Position numbers and translations under genes: made by a program. The notes beneath the pieces are model-generated. The model had not been told where the DNA came from. It saw nothing but the letters and a program-made list of their open reading frames with translations, and did no database searches. Shown here in pieces: positions 13,024-26,932 of a stretch of DNA of 64,000 nt. Each line of letters starts with the position of its first letter. Positions within the stretch are counted from its first letter, which is position 1. This stretch comes from Octopus sinensis. Its lineage: Eukaryota. The stretch covers positions 15,500,001-15,564,000 of the forward strand of contig NC_043015.1 of NCBI RefSeq assembly GCF_006345805.1, in the 5' to 3' direction.

Positions 13024-14395
13024 TACACACACACACACACACACACATACAAAAAGACGTGTGTGTGTGTGTCTATTATACGTATCTTTCATATTTATGG
13101 TGAATGATATAAAGATTGGCAAGAAAACAAAAAGAAAAAATATTTTCAAATAAAACTACTCTCTGTAACATTTCTTCTGCCTGAGTTCCCATTCTCATCA
13201 TGCAAAATGCAGTGAACCAGGGATAAGATCATTGAAACCTGGAACCAACTGTGTCATCATACATCAAATGTAAAACAAAATCTAACAATAAATAAACAAT
13301 TAAATAAAGCAATGATCAAAGGCTGGTTGTCCTTTTTCTCTCTAATTCAGCTTTAGATTTTCTTCTTTTCTCTACGCTAGCTACTTATCTGTTTCACTTC
13401 TTTTACTAATTACTTTGTTCCAGTACTTACACATCCATACCCATGGACAAATGAATGAATTTATCATCACACAGACACTCACACACACACACACACATAC
13501 AAAAAGACGTGTGTGTGTGTGTCTATTATACGTATCTTTCATATTTATGGTGAATGATATAAAGATTGGCAAGAAAACAAAAAGAAAAAATATTTTCAAA
13601 TAAAACTACTCTCTGTAACATTTCTTCTGCCTGAGTTCCCATTCTCATCATGCAAAATGCAGTGAACCAGGGATAAGATCATTGAAACCTGGAACCAACT
13701 GTGTCATCATACATCAAATGTAAAACAAAATCTAACAATAAATAAACAATTAAATAAAGCAATGATCAAAGGCTGGTTGTCCTTTTTCTCTCTAATTCAG
13801 CTTTAGATTTTCTTCTTTTCTCTACGCTAGCTACTTATCTGTTTCACTTCTTTTACTAATTACTTTGTTCCAGTACTTACACATCCATACCCATGGACAA
13901 ATGAATGAATTTATCATCACACAGACACTCACACACACACACACACATACAAAAAGACGTGTGTGTGTGTGTCTATTATACGTATCTTTCATATTTATGG
14001 TGAATGATATAAAGATTGGCAAGAAAACAAAAAGAAAAAATATTTTCAAATAAAACTACTCTCTGTAACATTTCTTCTGCCTGAGTTCCCATTCTCATCA
14101 TGCAAAATGCAGTGAACCAGGGATAAGATCATTGAAACCTGGAACCAACTGTGTCATCATACATCAAATGTAAAACAAAATCTAACAATAAATAAACAAT
14201 TAAATAAAGCAATGATCAAAGGCTGGTTGTCCTTTTTCTCTCTAATTCAGCTTTAGATTTTCTTCTTTTCTCTACGCTAGCTACTTATCTGTTTCACTTC
14301 TTTTACTAATTACTTTGTTCCAGTACTTACACATCCATACCCATGGACAAATGAATGAATTTATCATCACACAGACACTCACACACACACACACA

Positions 14396-14397
<2 letters not shown>
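13024..14397. repeat. Tandem triplication of a 450-bp unit bounded by (CA)n
   Basis: Identical landmarks at 13381, 13831 and 14281; no differences seen by eye. Confidence 0.95.
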
Positions 14398-14433
<36 letters not shown>

Positions 14434-15071
14434 ATGCACACACACACACACAAACTCAATCATGTATACACATTCAAACGTGCAATTGCTTTTATTATAA
14501 AAAGAATATTTAGAATATTCTTGTTAGTAATAACTGACTTGTCTTGTATGTAATAAGGTATAAGACTAAGTTTTGTACAGGAGGAATACAGTTAATTGAA
14601 TCAACATATTGCATTAAATAATGCTCATTTTATGGATCCAAGAGGAATGAAAAGCAAAGACAGCCTCAAACCTTTTGATGAAAATAACTAAATACTCCAA
14701 GATACTTCCAATGATTTCTACCTCTCCTGCTGTTTCTAGCAACTCCTCAAGCCCTCTGTCAGCAATATTAGTAAATTCTTTGGTTAATAAGATTTTACCA
14801 TTTCATATAGAATAGCTGACAGTGCCATTAGGTAAAATAAAATGCGCTATTCAATATGTATTGATATTCAGCAGATTATGATACTAAACAAATGACTGTA
14901 CCATCATGACAGTTCAATATCACAAACTGATATTAAAATGCTAAAATGTCTATGAGGGTCCATGTTTAAATGTCACTATTTTCTGTATATAATGGTTGGA
15001 GTGATAATTAATTGCCATTTCATGGCTGGTAGTCTTAATTTTATCACTTGGTTTAATATTAAATCTTTGTA

Positions 15072-15270
15072 AGGTGGTGAGCTAGCAGAATTGTTAGCAT
15101 GCTGGGCAAAATGCTTTGTGGCATTTCGTCCATCTTTACATTCTCAGTCTAATTTCTGCTGAGGTTGATTTTGCTTTTCATACTTTCAGGGTTGATAAAA
15201 TAAGTACCAGTTGGGCACTGGGATCAATGTAATCAACTTAACCCCTCCCCTGAAATTTCCGGCCTTGTAG
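15072..15270 (+). mobile_element. SINE family B
   Basis: AAGGTGGTGAGCTAGCAGAA head and AAGTACCAG core. Confidence 0.85.
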
Positions 15271-15492
15271 GGGCCACTATGTTGCAAGTATTTTGGCCAG
15301 GTATCTGACTGAAGAATTAGTTCTTCCAATCCTTTCATCAATTTCAGATGACCTGAAAAAGGTCCTCAGTGCTGACCTTCTCCTCTAAGTCATTAAAAAA
15401 AAGAAAAACAAAAAATACCTACAACGTAGAGCAGACTGGGACTGAGTAGGGTATGACATTGAGCAATTTGTGACTTTGTGCATACTATTATA

Positions 15493-16772
15493 TTAGGTTG
15501 TTCTGAAAATAATGGCCAATTTCAGAAACATAATTCTATTCTGGAAAAATTAATAATAGAAATGTTTTGATGATTCAAAGTATGAGCCGTGAACATCTAT
15601 GCACCTTTGCGGTAGATCAACGAGATTATTTATGCCTCCTTGATAAAAACTTATTGGCTTTGATGCTAAGAAATCTTTGAAAGCTATTTCCACCTCTGGT
15701 TTGAACCTGAAAGTTTTATCACTTAAAAACGTGTTCAAATGCTTTAAAAAATGGCAGTCAGTGGGTGAAAGGTCAGGAGAATATGGAGGATATGGTAAAG
15801 TCTTGTATCCCAAGTCTGTGAGTTTCTGCAGTGTCGTTCTTGCAACATGTGTCTTTGCATTATCATGGAGCAGAATTGGGCCACACCGATTCACCAATGC
15901 AGGTCTCTTACAAATGAGCACGCACTTCAGTGGGTTGATTGCAGTAAACCTCTGCTTTAATGCTCTGATTGGCTTCTAGAAAGCTGTAATGGACAACACC
16001 AACTGCAAACCACCAGACGGTCACCATAATTTTTTGCTGATGCAACTTTGACTTTGGGAAATGTTTGGGGGACTCATCACAATCAAACCATTGACCTGAT
16101 CATTTACGGTTATCATAAAGGATCCACTTTTTGTCACAAATGACTTTTTGGTCAAGAAAAGGATCATTGGTATTTTACAGAAAGAACATCGAGCACACTT
16201 CAAAATGCCGAACTTTTTGATTTTCATTGAGCTCGTGTGGTACCCATTTATCGAGCTTTTTCACCTTACCAATCTTCTGCAGATTGCATGAGATTGTTGC
16301 AATACTGACGCCAAATGCCTGAGACATTTCTCTGACATTTTGACATGAATTTTGTTCAACTATTGCTTTCAATTGTTCATTGTCAAGACTGCATGACTGT
16401 CCTCAACCTTCTTCATCTTCAAGGCTCTCATCACCACTATAGAATTTCTGAAACCACCTTTGTATTGTGCGATCACTTGTGGACCCATCCCCCCATGCTC
16501 TGCTGATATTGGCAACAGTTTGGGAGGCATTGTGCCCAAGCTTGACCTCAAGCAAAAAAAGTAAGTGAAGGTCCTTTTTTTGTCATGTTCATAATTAAGG
16601 ATGCCTATGCTTCAAGAATGTTTTCTGTCTGAAATAAGTAGAAAATTATTAAAGAGCATACATTAATTATTAAGTATGTCGAAATTCACCTAAAATATAA
16701 TTAAAATACTATGATAAAACTGCGTTTCAAAACACAACACTTAGAGCAGCCATTATTTTCTGAACAACCTAA
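15493..16772 (-). mobile_element. Mariner DD34D element, full length, defective
   Basis: TIRs TTAGGTTGTTC(T/A)GAAAATAATGG with TA TSD; WVPHEL, HDNAKTH and YSPDLSPTD (34 spacing); frameshifts and stops. Confidence 0.95.
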
Positions 16773-16794
16773 TATAATCTTTTATTTTTTTCAT

Positions 16795-17630
16795 TCATTG
16801 GGCTATGGCCACGTTGAGACACCACCTTTAAAAGTTTAGTTGAACCAATCAGCCCCAGTACTTATTTTGAAATCTGTACTTTTTCTAGTGGTCCTTCTTC
16901 TGAACTACTAAGTTACAGGAACATAAACAAACCAACACTGGTTGTCAAGCAATGATGGGGGATAAACACCAAGAAACACTCACATACATACATACATACA
17001 TACATACATACATACATACATACATACATACACACATACACACACATATACACACATGTAACTGGCACCCTGTTGGTTACAACGAGTGTTGCAGTTGATC
17101 TGTTCAATGAAATTGCCTGCTCATGAAATCAATGTGTAAATGGTTGAGTACTCCACAGACATGCATGTACTTAATGCAGTTCCTAAGAAGTTTCAACATG
17201 ATACAGAATGTGACAAGGCTGGCCCTTTGAAATACAGGCACTGCTCATTTTTACCAGCTGGGTGGACCAGAGCAATGTGAAATAAAATGTCATCTTCAAG
17301 GACCCAACACATCTCCAGGTATTGAACTCATGACTTTACAACCATGAGCCACATACCCTAAACACTAAGCCATGCACCTCCACACACACACACACCCACA
17401 CACACACACACGCATACACAAACACACACACGCATACACATATATTTACACACATATGCATATATGCATGACAGGCTTCCACCTAAGTTCTGTCTCCAAA
17501 TTCACTCATAAGGTATTGGTCGGCCTGAAGCTGTAGAAGAAAACACAAACTCAAGGTGCCATGCAGTAAGACTGACCTTGAAACCATGTGGCAGCAAAGC
17601 AAAATTCTTGACCTTACAGCTTTGCCTACA
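16795..17630 (-). mobile_element. SINE family A split by a CORE-type SINE (about 17060-17380) in its central microsatellite
   Basis: 3' half 16795-16980 and 5' half 17465-17630; the insert has GAGCAATGTGAAATAAA and a tRNA-like head on the minus strand. Confidence 0.75.
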
Positions 17631-20467
17631 ACCTTTAGAATAGAAGAATTATTACACTGAGTAATTTATGATCTGTTATAGAATAAGACATTCAGTAGAA
17701 TAATATATCGATTCTAATATGATATTGGTTAGATTATGACAGAGCAAACCAAAACATTGATCAAACAGATGATGATGTTCTATAGCCAATGACATTGAGT
17801 AGAATTCTGAAAATCTTTAGAACAAATGAGTATGCTATTATAAGAAACAAGTATTTTCTATTGAAACTGTTTTTCTATTTTAAGTAACATGACTCATAAG
17901 TTTCTTTACCTTCAAATTCCAGTGTTTCATATCATTCTTCAATTTCACCGTACAAAGAAAATTTATTTTACCTGTTCTATTTTTAAATCTCTTGTTTCTG
18001 ACCATAGGCTGGCTCTATCGGAATTTGCGTTAAACTAAACATTATTCAATGATCAACACACACTAATATGTTTCATTGTATATATTAATTTCTTTAAAAA
18101 ATAATAGGACAAGCTAAAATCAGCTACAACTGACTGTTGGCCGTAATTTTTTTTCATTTACAACTTGTTCAGTGTTTGAAATTTTACAACTGGGAAATAT
18201 ATCAAAATGAATATCTCTTCCAATATGTTTTAGTAACAAATTCAATTAAATTGTTTTTCCTAAATTATCAGTCTTTAGCTTTGAAACATCTTGGCTTATG
18301 CATCCAGCAAACACCCACTCTCCCAGTTATTGCAGCTGCTTTAGTTACCAGTGATGAAAAATACATGTTAATGTGTTAAGATGTGACATTTTCAGGAAAT
18401 TGCTTTTGTAGAGAAAAATCTCATTTTGTATATAAATTACTAATATTTAGTTTATTATGAACTTAATTCTATGAATAACTTGAAAATATGCTCAATTATT
18501 CTATCTTTCTGACATCTGTAATGATAATAATGTACTTGAAAATAACTTAGAATACAAAAACAAGAAACTAAATGAAAATTATAATCCATTTCAAATTATT
18601 GTCATTGAGCCACTGAAATACCAATAAACTGAGGTATTGTTGTTGTTTTTCAGACTAACCAATAAGAAGTATGACTGTGTTTGAGAGTGAAATAAAAGAA
18701 GTAGGCTTGTAGCAGTGAAATATATGGATAGCTATTATGTTGTAGCAGTAAAGATATATCCATTATAATAGTGGGTTTTCATCAAGCTATTAACCATATC
18801 TTAATAGGATTTTTTTCCATGTTTCAAAATGGCCTATAGTCCAATTGTTATCTCTTATACATTAATCACTATATAGATTGAAATGTAGTATACATAAAGA
18901 CACAAAAGAACATAATAATAGCCTAATCAATTTTTATTACTCTAGTGATAACTTGGCATCAAGTAAAGCTTTCTGTGGCTACAGTCTGGCATTTATTACC
19001 ATTTGTTGTTACTTTCATTTTATTTGTTTTGTTAATGTTCTTTGTTTAAAGGTCTGAACATCAGAACTCTCATTTTCTCTTTTTCTCAAAATCTGGAAAA
19101 AAATAAGGAGAAACTACATCCGTGTTCTCTTCCAATAGCTCTACAAAGACTTCGCAACAGTCATAGAAAAAACTGCTTGGAAACAGATAAATTCAAAAAT
19201 TAATGACATAGATATATAGAAATATGATTGTTAAAATATTGCTTATCATGACTAATTAAAAAAAAATTAAAAGTTACCTCTTCTGAAACATATTGAAACC
19301 AGTATAGGAATGTTTCTTGAGGATGTTAAGTTTATTTGCAGGCATAAATCTGAGCCAAAACTGAAATATATCTGAACCAAAATGAAGCACATTTACAAAA
19401 ATGGTAACAAATCATTTTTCATTCTAAATATAGCTTAACTTACTTTGGAAAGAAAAAAGGAGATAGATTTACATTGGCATTAGATGCAAAAAGGAATGCC
19501 AAAAACAATACGAAAGTGCAAACAATTGGATATAATTAGAAGGATTGTGGTATTGGAAAATGTATTTGGTTCTATGATCCAATTTTAATTTACAACTGAT
19601 CTCTGCAATACAGAATATTATGAATCATACTATTAAAGAATAAGTTAATATAGGTCTAACATTTCCTTCAGCACAAAGGACACATACATTAATGAATTTT
19701 CTTAGCACTATATATGAAAATTTTTTGTTTTGTTTTTGGTTTTGATAGTCAGTTAATATCAATAAATAACCATGCCTACTGATAAGAACTATAGCAACAG
19801 ATTTAGTTACTTTCATTTTATGGTAATAACTTCATAAAACTACGGAGCAGTTACATTATTATTCAATTATATGGAAAATTTTCACTTGTTATCTCAGAAC
19901 AGTTCTTGGAGATGTGAACACTATGTTTAATAAAAGAACTAAGTGATTGTCAGGATGATTTTTACTGATTTTGTTCTGAAAGGTAATTGAAGAAGCAGTA
20001 TTTGAAAATGCATGCTTTCGTCTCTTACACTAGAGCTACTTAAAATGCTTAAAAATCTTATATACATATATAAACATGTGCAAAACAAATTCTTAACACA
20101 TAATTGTTTACTGATATTCTTTAAATACTACATATTCTAAAGTAGACCAATTTCCTCCAAACTCAAAGTAGAGCAGCCACCACTTACTACAACAATTCAT
20201 GGCTGTACCAATTTAAAATAAAATGAAGTAAATAGCCTGTGATATGCTATAAGACAAGACATCATTACTTATATATTACAAGAGAAGGATAACTGGAGTA
20301 CAAGCACACGTTTATATTAAAGTTAACTAAACAATCCTCTGTTGATACCATGAATTCAATAGCAATTTTAACTAAGTATTACAAGGAATGATTTGAAATA
20401 ATTATCAATATTCTCATTGATTTGAAGTCCACTATCATGTAGGATACTTTATATATATATATACCTA

Positions 20468-20605
20468 CTGGCTCCCGTGCCAGATCAGATTGGAACCTTG
20501 TGCAGCCCACTGGCTTGCCAAACCTCAGTCAAACCATCTAATGCATGCCAGCATGGAAGGCGGATGCTAAACGATGATGATGATGGTGATGATGATGATG
20601 ATGAT
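20468..20605 (+). mobile_element. RTE-family 3' end with (GAT)n tail
   Basis: CATGCCAGCATGGAAGGCGGATGCTAAACGATGATG matches the reverse complement of the tail at 40820-40870. Confidence 0.8.
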
Positions 20606-21008
20606 TTTATATATATATATATATAAAGATAAAATATTAGATTATCATGCTGTAATAGTAAAAGTGAGTGAATAAGCATAGTGGTATCATTAGGATTGGT
20701 ATCATTAGAATGTGACAGGCAAAGGGAACGGTACAAGACATGAGGGTGTGTAACAGAGACAGAAGGAAGATAGTTTATATTTAGGGAGACGAACAAATCA
20801 GAATGTACAATGTTGCTTTTGATAAAATTAGATCGTAGCCTGTTTTAGCATCACTTCATTAGCTATCCAGCACAGATTATTAAAGCTGTAGCAGTGATTT
20901 GAAACCTCAACTGCTAGATAACCAGTCGGACACCATGAGCAAACCGTTACAGTTTCATGTGATTGGTCTATTAAGCAACCAATTAGCGTGAAGCTGTGGC
21001 ACAATGTA

Positions 21009-21574
21009 TTGGGTTGTCCGGAAAGTTCATGCCGATTTTTAAAGGAAAGAAAAAGGTCAATAAATTTTTGCCATTACATTTTTAATCAACCAAATATGAA
21101 CCATTTTGTTGCACAATGTGTCTCCATCCTTCCTTTAACTTGAAAATACCCTCTTCACAGAATTGAGGTGGTTTCATGGCAAAGAATTCATCAAGGTATA
21201 TTTTTATGTCATCCAAGGAATTGAAATTTTTACCATTAAGACTATTCTGCAAGGACCTGAATAAGTGGAAATCTGAAGGAGCAATATCTGGTGAATATGG
21301 AGGGTGGGGTAACACATCCCAGCCGAGCTGCAGCAAGTTTTGTCTGGTTCCCAAAGCATCAAGTGCCAAAAATGAACTTTCTTATCTTCCATTTTAAAGG
21401 GTTACAGAATTAACACAGATTATAAGAACATAAACCTTCTTCCACGAAAATATAGCTTAAACTGTGCTCTAAATGGAGGTGTAGTCAAATCCTATTTTAT
21501 GGGCTCAACCATGTTCTAAAATAAGTTGAAATGTAAGCTACTATAAATCAGCACAAACTTTCCGGACAACTCAA
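21009..21574 (-). mobile_element. Internally deleted mariner (566 bp, both TIRs)
   Basis: TTG(G/A)GTTGTCCGGAAAGTT TIRs with TA TSD; retains LPHPPYSPDIAPSDFHLF C-terminus. Confidence 0.92.
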
Positions 21575-23365
21575 TAGTTTTCTAGAACATTCTTCTTGTA
21601 CCCTATAAAAGACTGTTTTGCCACTCAGTTAATCACAGAGCAATATGTGCCTCCACTCTTGCCATCACTGAGAGTTCCAGACATTTGTGAAGACATCTCC
21701 AGGTTCTTGGCCAAACTCATTCTGAACATTCACACAATGCCTCACAAATAACTTCTATGGATGTGTTGTGGTTCTTCTCACTCCCAGTTTGCAAATATTG
21801 ATGTGGTCCATTTTAATGTGCCAACAATGATATCTCTACATCTGGCAATAAATATTTCAGTTAAATGTTTGGAGGTATGTGTCAATGATTATTCATGCAG
21901 CCAACGAAATACATTTTCGTTTACTGGCTCCACATTGTACCAAACAAGACACCATCTTGACATTATTGGTTGTTGACTCAAAAGCCTAGTAAGACCATGA
22001 AATTGGACAGCCAATGTTCATCTTCTCCACATTTGATAATATTTGACACAAGAAAAAGCCAGCAAAAGCTGGAACAATAGATCCAACTCATCTGTCTCAT
22101 GAAATCAACTTGTCACCATGACCACAGCAACAAGGGAAGATCAAAGGGAGCAGACACTGTTGCTCATTACTTTTTCCACCATAACCCTCACCTATTGAAA
22201 CTAAAATGCTATAGGGCTGTTAATGTGACTATTAATGGCTTAGGGGTATCTTTCACCCGCTCAAAATAACAGTTAAGACCAACTTTTAACAACAAGGAAT
22301 GGCTCTTCTTTTGAATGAATGATTCCAGAGTGAATTTTATCCAGAACCTTCTCAATTTGCTGTAACAACTGGTATTTAACCTTTTCTTATACTTTTGTTT
22401 GAGTGATATCAACTAATTAACATTTTAAATATGGCATCTTCAAACGATTTTATGAATATTTCCTCTTTCAATACTTCTAATGCAGGTACTTATCCTCCTC
22501 CTTTCATCTCTTCTATTTCTTCTGAAATGGTAAATTTTTGTAAGATGTCTGAAGACAAAATTCAGGCTGGCACTAGCCTTGTTATTTTGCACACTCAAAT
22601 TCTCATGGCCGAAGCACTTCAAAAGATCGTTCATTCATTGCATTCAACTACATCCTTTCAAGTTAGCTGCTCAAATGCTTCTTTGTCAATAAGGCACTTA
22701 TGTCATTTCTTGGAAGGAAGAATCTTCACCATGTATGCCAATCTTCAACCAATAACCTATGCATTATAACCCAACACGGATGAATATCAAACATTTTGAT
22801 ATCAAGAGATATTAAACACTTTGATTATATTTCACTGTTTACTGTAGATATACCTTGCATCAAAGGAGCTGAAATTTCTGCAGCAGAAGCGCTATCCATT
22901 TTTATATCAATGTTTTGAATTCTGGGTACACAGACTCACTTTCAATTAAATTTTCTTTTTAAAGTTCCATAGAAAAAGAAAGAAAAAGAAAAAGAACGTC
23001 AGAACTTTGCATATTTTACAAACTTAATATTGTTATATAGACATTCTTTTAGCCTTTATTCTGCATTCAATGCATGTTTTTTTCCTTTCCTTTCTTTTCA
23101 CACTTGTGTTGGCCTCTTTTTACGTAAATTCTCTTGTTCTTCTTGTACCCTATAAAAGACAATTTTGCTGCTCAATTTTATGGGTGTAGCATGGTTTTTC
23201 TCTTTCCTAGTTAACAAACATTTTATGTTGTTCATTGTAAACAGCCAGCACCAGTATAAATATTTCAGTTAAATATTCACAGGTGTACTTCAGGTATTAT
23301 TCATGGAGCCAATGAAATATCTTCATTTGCCAGCTCCACGTTGCACTAACCAAGTTGTATCTTAA

Positions 23366-23584
23366 CTCTTTAGCATTCAGATTACTCTCTCAAATTTATT
23401 GCTTATTTATTCAAATTGTTTTGAATTAATCCTGAATTATCTTGTAGCTTTGAGATTTCAATGATATGATTGTCTATTTTTAGAATGACATTTTAGGGTA
23501 GGTGTGAAAGGTTGGAACTGACCAGTTTGAACATAAAACAGGCAGAATATTTTAGATGGATATGGCCAGTTTATTACCAAAGGG
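23366..23584. mobile_element. piggyBac-like MITE
   Basis: TTAA at 23362-65 and 23585-88; ends CTCTTTAG.../...CAAAGGG are imperfect inverted repeats; non-coding. Confidence 0.65.
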
Positions 23585-24055
23585 TTAACAGATTACAAGA
23601 CACTTCTACTAAATTAATAACAAAATCTGCAATGAATTAATTTGTTATTGAGCAAGAATTATTGAAACAACACATCACTTTATACTGAACGTGAAAAGAG
23701 AGAAAGAACTAAAAAGAAAGAACGGAACTCAAATGACAATGGAACAAAACGAAAAATTGGTTAAACACCATAATTTAAGTTTGATTTAATCACAAAGTAA
23801 AATTTTGTGGTTTAATTTGGATATAAACTTCATATATATATATTTCTTTTACTTTTATTCTTGTATCTGTTTCACCCATTAGACTGTGGTCATGCTGGGG
23901 CACTGCCTTGAGGAACCTTTAGTCGAATGAATTGACCCCAGTACTTATTATTTTAAAGCCTGGTACTTATTCTGTTGGTCTCTTTTGCTGAACTGCTAAT
24001 TTACTAGGATGTAAGCAAACATACAGCAGTTGTCAAGAGGTGGTGAGGAACAAAG

Positions 24056-24089
<34 letters not shown>

Positions 24090-24249
24090 ACACACACACA
24101 TATAAAATTTAATTATAGGTTATGTTAACCTCGTGAATTTGCATCCAAGGAAATACTGCTTCAATACCTAGTATTATTGAGGAATGAAATTCCCTTAAAA
24201 TAATAGGTATATATTAAGCATAAAGTTTATATCAATTTAAAAGATAGAT

Positions 24250-24590
24250 AGAAAATGGAGATAAGGAAGTTAACAATTATTTATTTATTATTGACAAATT
24301 GGTTATCTTCCCTTCTTACAGCCATTTCAATTAATACTCAATTATTTAATTACAAATTTGTACATTAAATTTGCATTTATATGACAAGGGTATAATTTCA
24401 ACAGAGAAAAAAAAGATGTACCTTGAGATGTTATATGTGAACCTTTCAATTCATTCCAGCAGACTCAAAAATGCAAATTTAATGTACAAATTTGTAATTA
24501 AATTATTGAGTATTAATTGAAACAGCTGTAAGAAGTGAAGATGACCAATCTGTTAATAATAAATAATTAACTTCCTGATCTCCATTTTCT
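24250..24590. mobile_element. Fold-back MITE with ~130-bp arms and ~90-bp spacer
   Basis: AGAAAATGGAGAT.AGGAAGTTAA...AAATTTGCATTT and its reverse complement. Confidence 0.85.
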
Positions 24591-24607
24591 TTCCTTCTTT
24601 TAACTGG

Positions 24608-24658
<51 letters not shown>

Positions 24659-24737
24659 ATGTATGTATGTATATATACACATGATGGGCTTCTTTTAGCT
24701 TATGTCTACCAAATACACTCACGAGCCTTTGGTTATA

Positions 24738-24953
24738 CAAATGGGTGCCGAAAAGTTCCGGGTTTTGGGTAAAAGAAAATACAAGAGGATCAGTCAATTA
24801 TGATTTTACCCACCATATTCCCTTCTCAGATTCACAAACTTATCACAGAGGTCCTTAAGTTTTTCTAAATCCTGTAAATAGAACTCAGGTTAGATCTCCT
24901 ACCGGGTCTTTTGCAATACCCTTACAGCCAGGAACTTTTCAGCATCCCTCTTG
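24738..24953. mobile_element. Mariner-type MITE with TA TSD
   Basis: CAAATGGGTGCCGAAAAGTTCC versus the reverse complement of GGAACTTTTCAGCATCCCTCTTG; interrupts a SINE at TA. Confidence 0.8.
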
Positions 24954-26271
24954 TAGAAGGCACTACACAGTGGGACTGAACCTAGAACTAAGTATTTGGG
25001 AAGCAAATTTCTTACCACACAGCCATGGCTGCATTCCAGTTTTTGTTATCAAAGTGAAATATAGAGAGCATAGCTAGATCATGAGATTCAATTTCTAGTC
25101 AGAGATTAATAAAGAATGTACAGATTATGATTAATAAAGAATATGCAGACTATAATCCAGTTTTGTTAAGCTTAAAAAGTCTTCCAAAATTTTCTGACTG
25201 CTTCTAACATAGATATTTGATAGATTGAACCTGTTATGTAGCCAAAACATAGGATCTCCATACTGCTATTGTTGAGAAAGTTGGACATGTAATTTTTTAA
25301 CAATACAAAATTATCAAAGAGGAAATGAAATTAATACTATAATTCAAATAGGAAAAAAAAAAATCTATTAAATTATTAATTTTTGAATTCCAATGAAATA
25401 ATATTATTAGAAAACAAATCTAAAGTAAACAACATTATTAAAAGTTAAGCTTAGTATAAATTTACAAATATGTCGATGCTTCATTTCAAAGATTAAAAAC
25501 AATATTTCAATTGCTAATATCAATAGATAATCTTTTAATCTTTTAATAATTTTATTCATTGGACTACTTGTTGGAGGTTGGCAAGAGGCAAATACATTAT
25601 TCTGCTTAGTGAAGGCATCTGGGAAATGTATAACTGCTGTCATTCACAGAAAAACTATTGTTAACCGTGAGAAAAGGGCTGTTGAAGTGTTAAGTGAAAT
25701 TTGGAAATCTATGATCAAATCCATGCTATGCCTGCATGAAGCCACTACAAATACGTTGTGGAATTAAAAATTTATCTACTCTCATGGAAAAAGTGTAACT
25801 GTAAAAATGCAGAATTATTGGAATAATGGGCATTCCAAAAAGTATGTATGAATGATGTCTTTAAGGTTTAAGATTCAAATTAAGGAAGTGCAATAATAAT
25901 GTTTAGCAGTTCAAAACTGTGAGTAGTGAAATGCAGAATTACGTTGGCTGATCATGAGAATCAAATACCAATTGCTTTGCAAAAATCTGCAGGTGGTATG
26001 GGTTATTACCCTTGGGTAGTTTAAATAAAATATTCATAATATGTAGTAGATAGAAGGATCCATTGGAAGGGCTCTATTATCGATTTTTTTTCAACAATCT
26101 AAGTATGTCATGAGGTTTCCCGACATGAGTTCTGCTCATGTGTCAAATAATGTATGAAAGTGATATTGTCTGCAAAAATTAGAAATAGGACACACAAAAA
26201 AATCAATATTAAAATTAATCGAAAATAAACAATGAAATGAGTTATTTCCTTTGAGTGTTTAAAAAAATTAG

Positions 26272-26484
26272 TTATATGAGGTAGATATTAAGGTCCCTAA
26301 AATTGTCTGCTGGCATTTTGCTTCGCCAGATCTTCTTGGCAATCTTCTGGTTATTCACTCCTTCTGCTTTCAGCACAAGAATCTTCCCTTGCTCAATTTT
26401 GGAAAACCTTTGTAGCTTTAGGTATACAAGAAATGTAATCTTGATCATGGTTAATACGATTGAGTTGAATATTTTCCGAAACAA
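26272..26484 (-). mobile_element. Tc1/Tc3-like transposase N-terminal HTH remnant
   Basis: EQGKILVLKAEGVNNQKIAKKIWRSK resembles the paired-like HTH of Tc3-type transposases. Confidence 0.5.
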
Positions 26485-26714
26485 ACCGGAAAGAAATGAA
26501 AATATTTTAGTGGGTTTATAGTTTTTAAGTGTTGATATTGCTAGGGTAGATTGGAAAACCAGGTTTTGTGAAGTTAAAAGTTTTACATCTCAAAGTATTC
26601 ATGAAATACCCATTTACAATACATCATGCCACTTAGTCCACGTTAAATACAGAGATAAATTTCTAAATAACTTTAAAAAAAACCATGTGATCTAATAGTT
26701 TTGAATAGTTGTTT

Positions 26715-26768
26715 ATATATTATATATATTATATATATATATTATATATATATATTATATATATACAT

Positions 26769-26850
<82 letters not shown>
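26715..26850. repeat. (TA)n microsatellite
   Basis: Read directly. Confidence 0.95.
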
Positions 26851-26852
<2 letters not shown>

Positions 26853-26871
26853 ACAATCAGTAAATTGTCAT

Positions 26872-26932
26872 AATAGAACTCAGAGTTTCAAATGCCAGAG
26901 CTAAAGGCTTCGAGGCATTTTCGTCTGCTTTT
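26872..26932 (-). ncRNA. Type I hammerhead-ribozyme-like motif (variant core)
   Basis: AAAAG-CAGACGA-AAATGCC[17 nt]GGCATTT-GAAA-CTCTGAG-TT-CTATT; helix II has 7 perfect pairs, U4 is A, helix I is weak. Confidence 0.55.

Larger units (their letters stand above)
23855..25032 (-). mobile_element. SINE family A split by two later insertions
   Basis: 3' half 23855-24060, 5' half 24680-25032. Confidence 0.75.

Noticed and set aside
13024-14397. Tandem arrays as CRISPR-like loci
   Set aside because: Units are identical throughout with no unique spacers; eukaryotic context with no cas genes.
22431-22769. 112-aa ORF
   Set aside because: No recognisable domain; about one frame this long is expected by chance in 64 kb.
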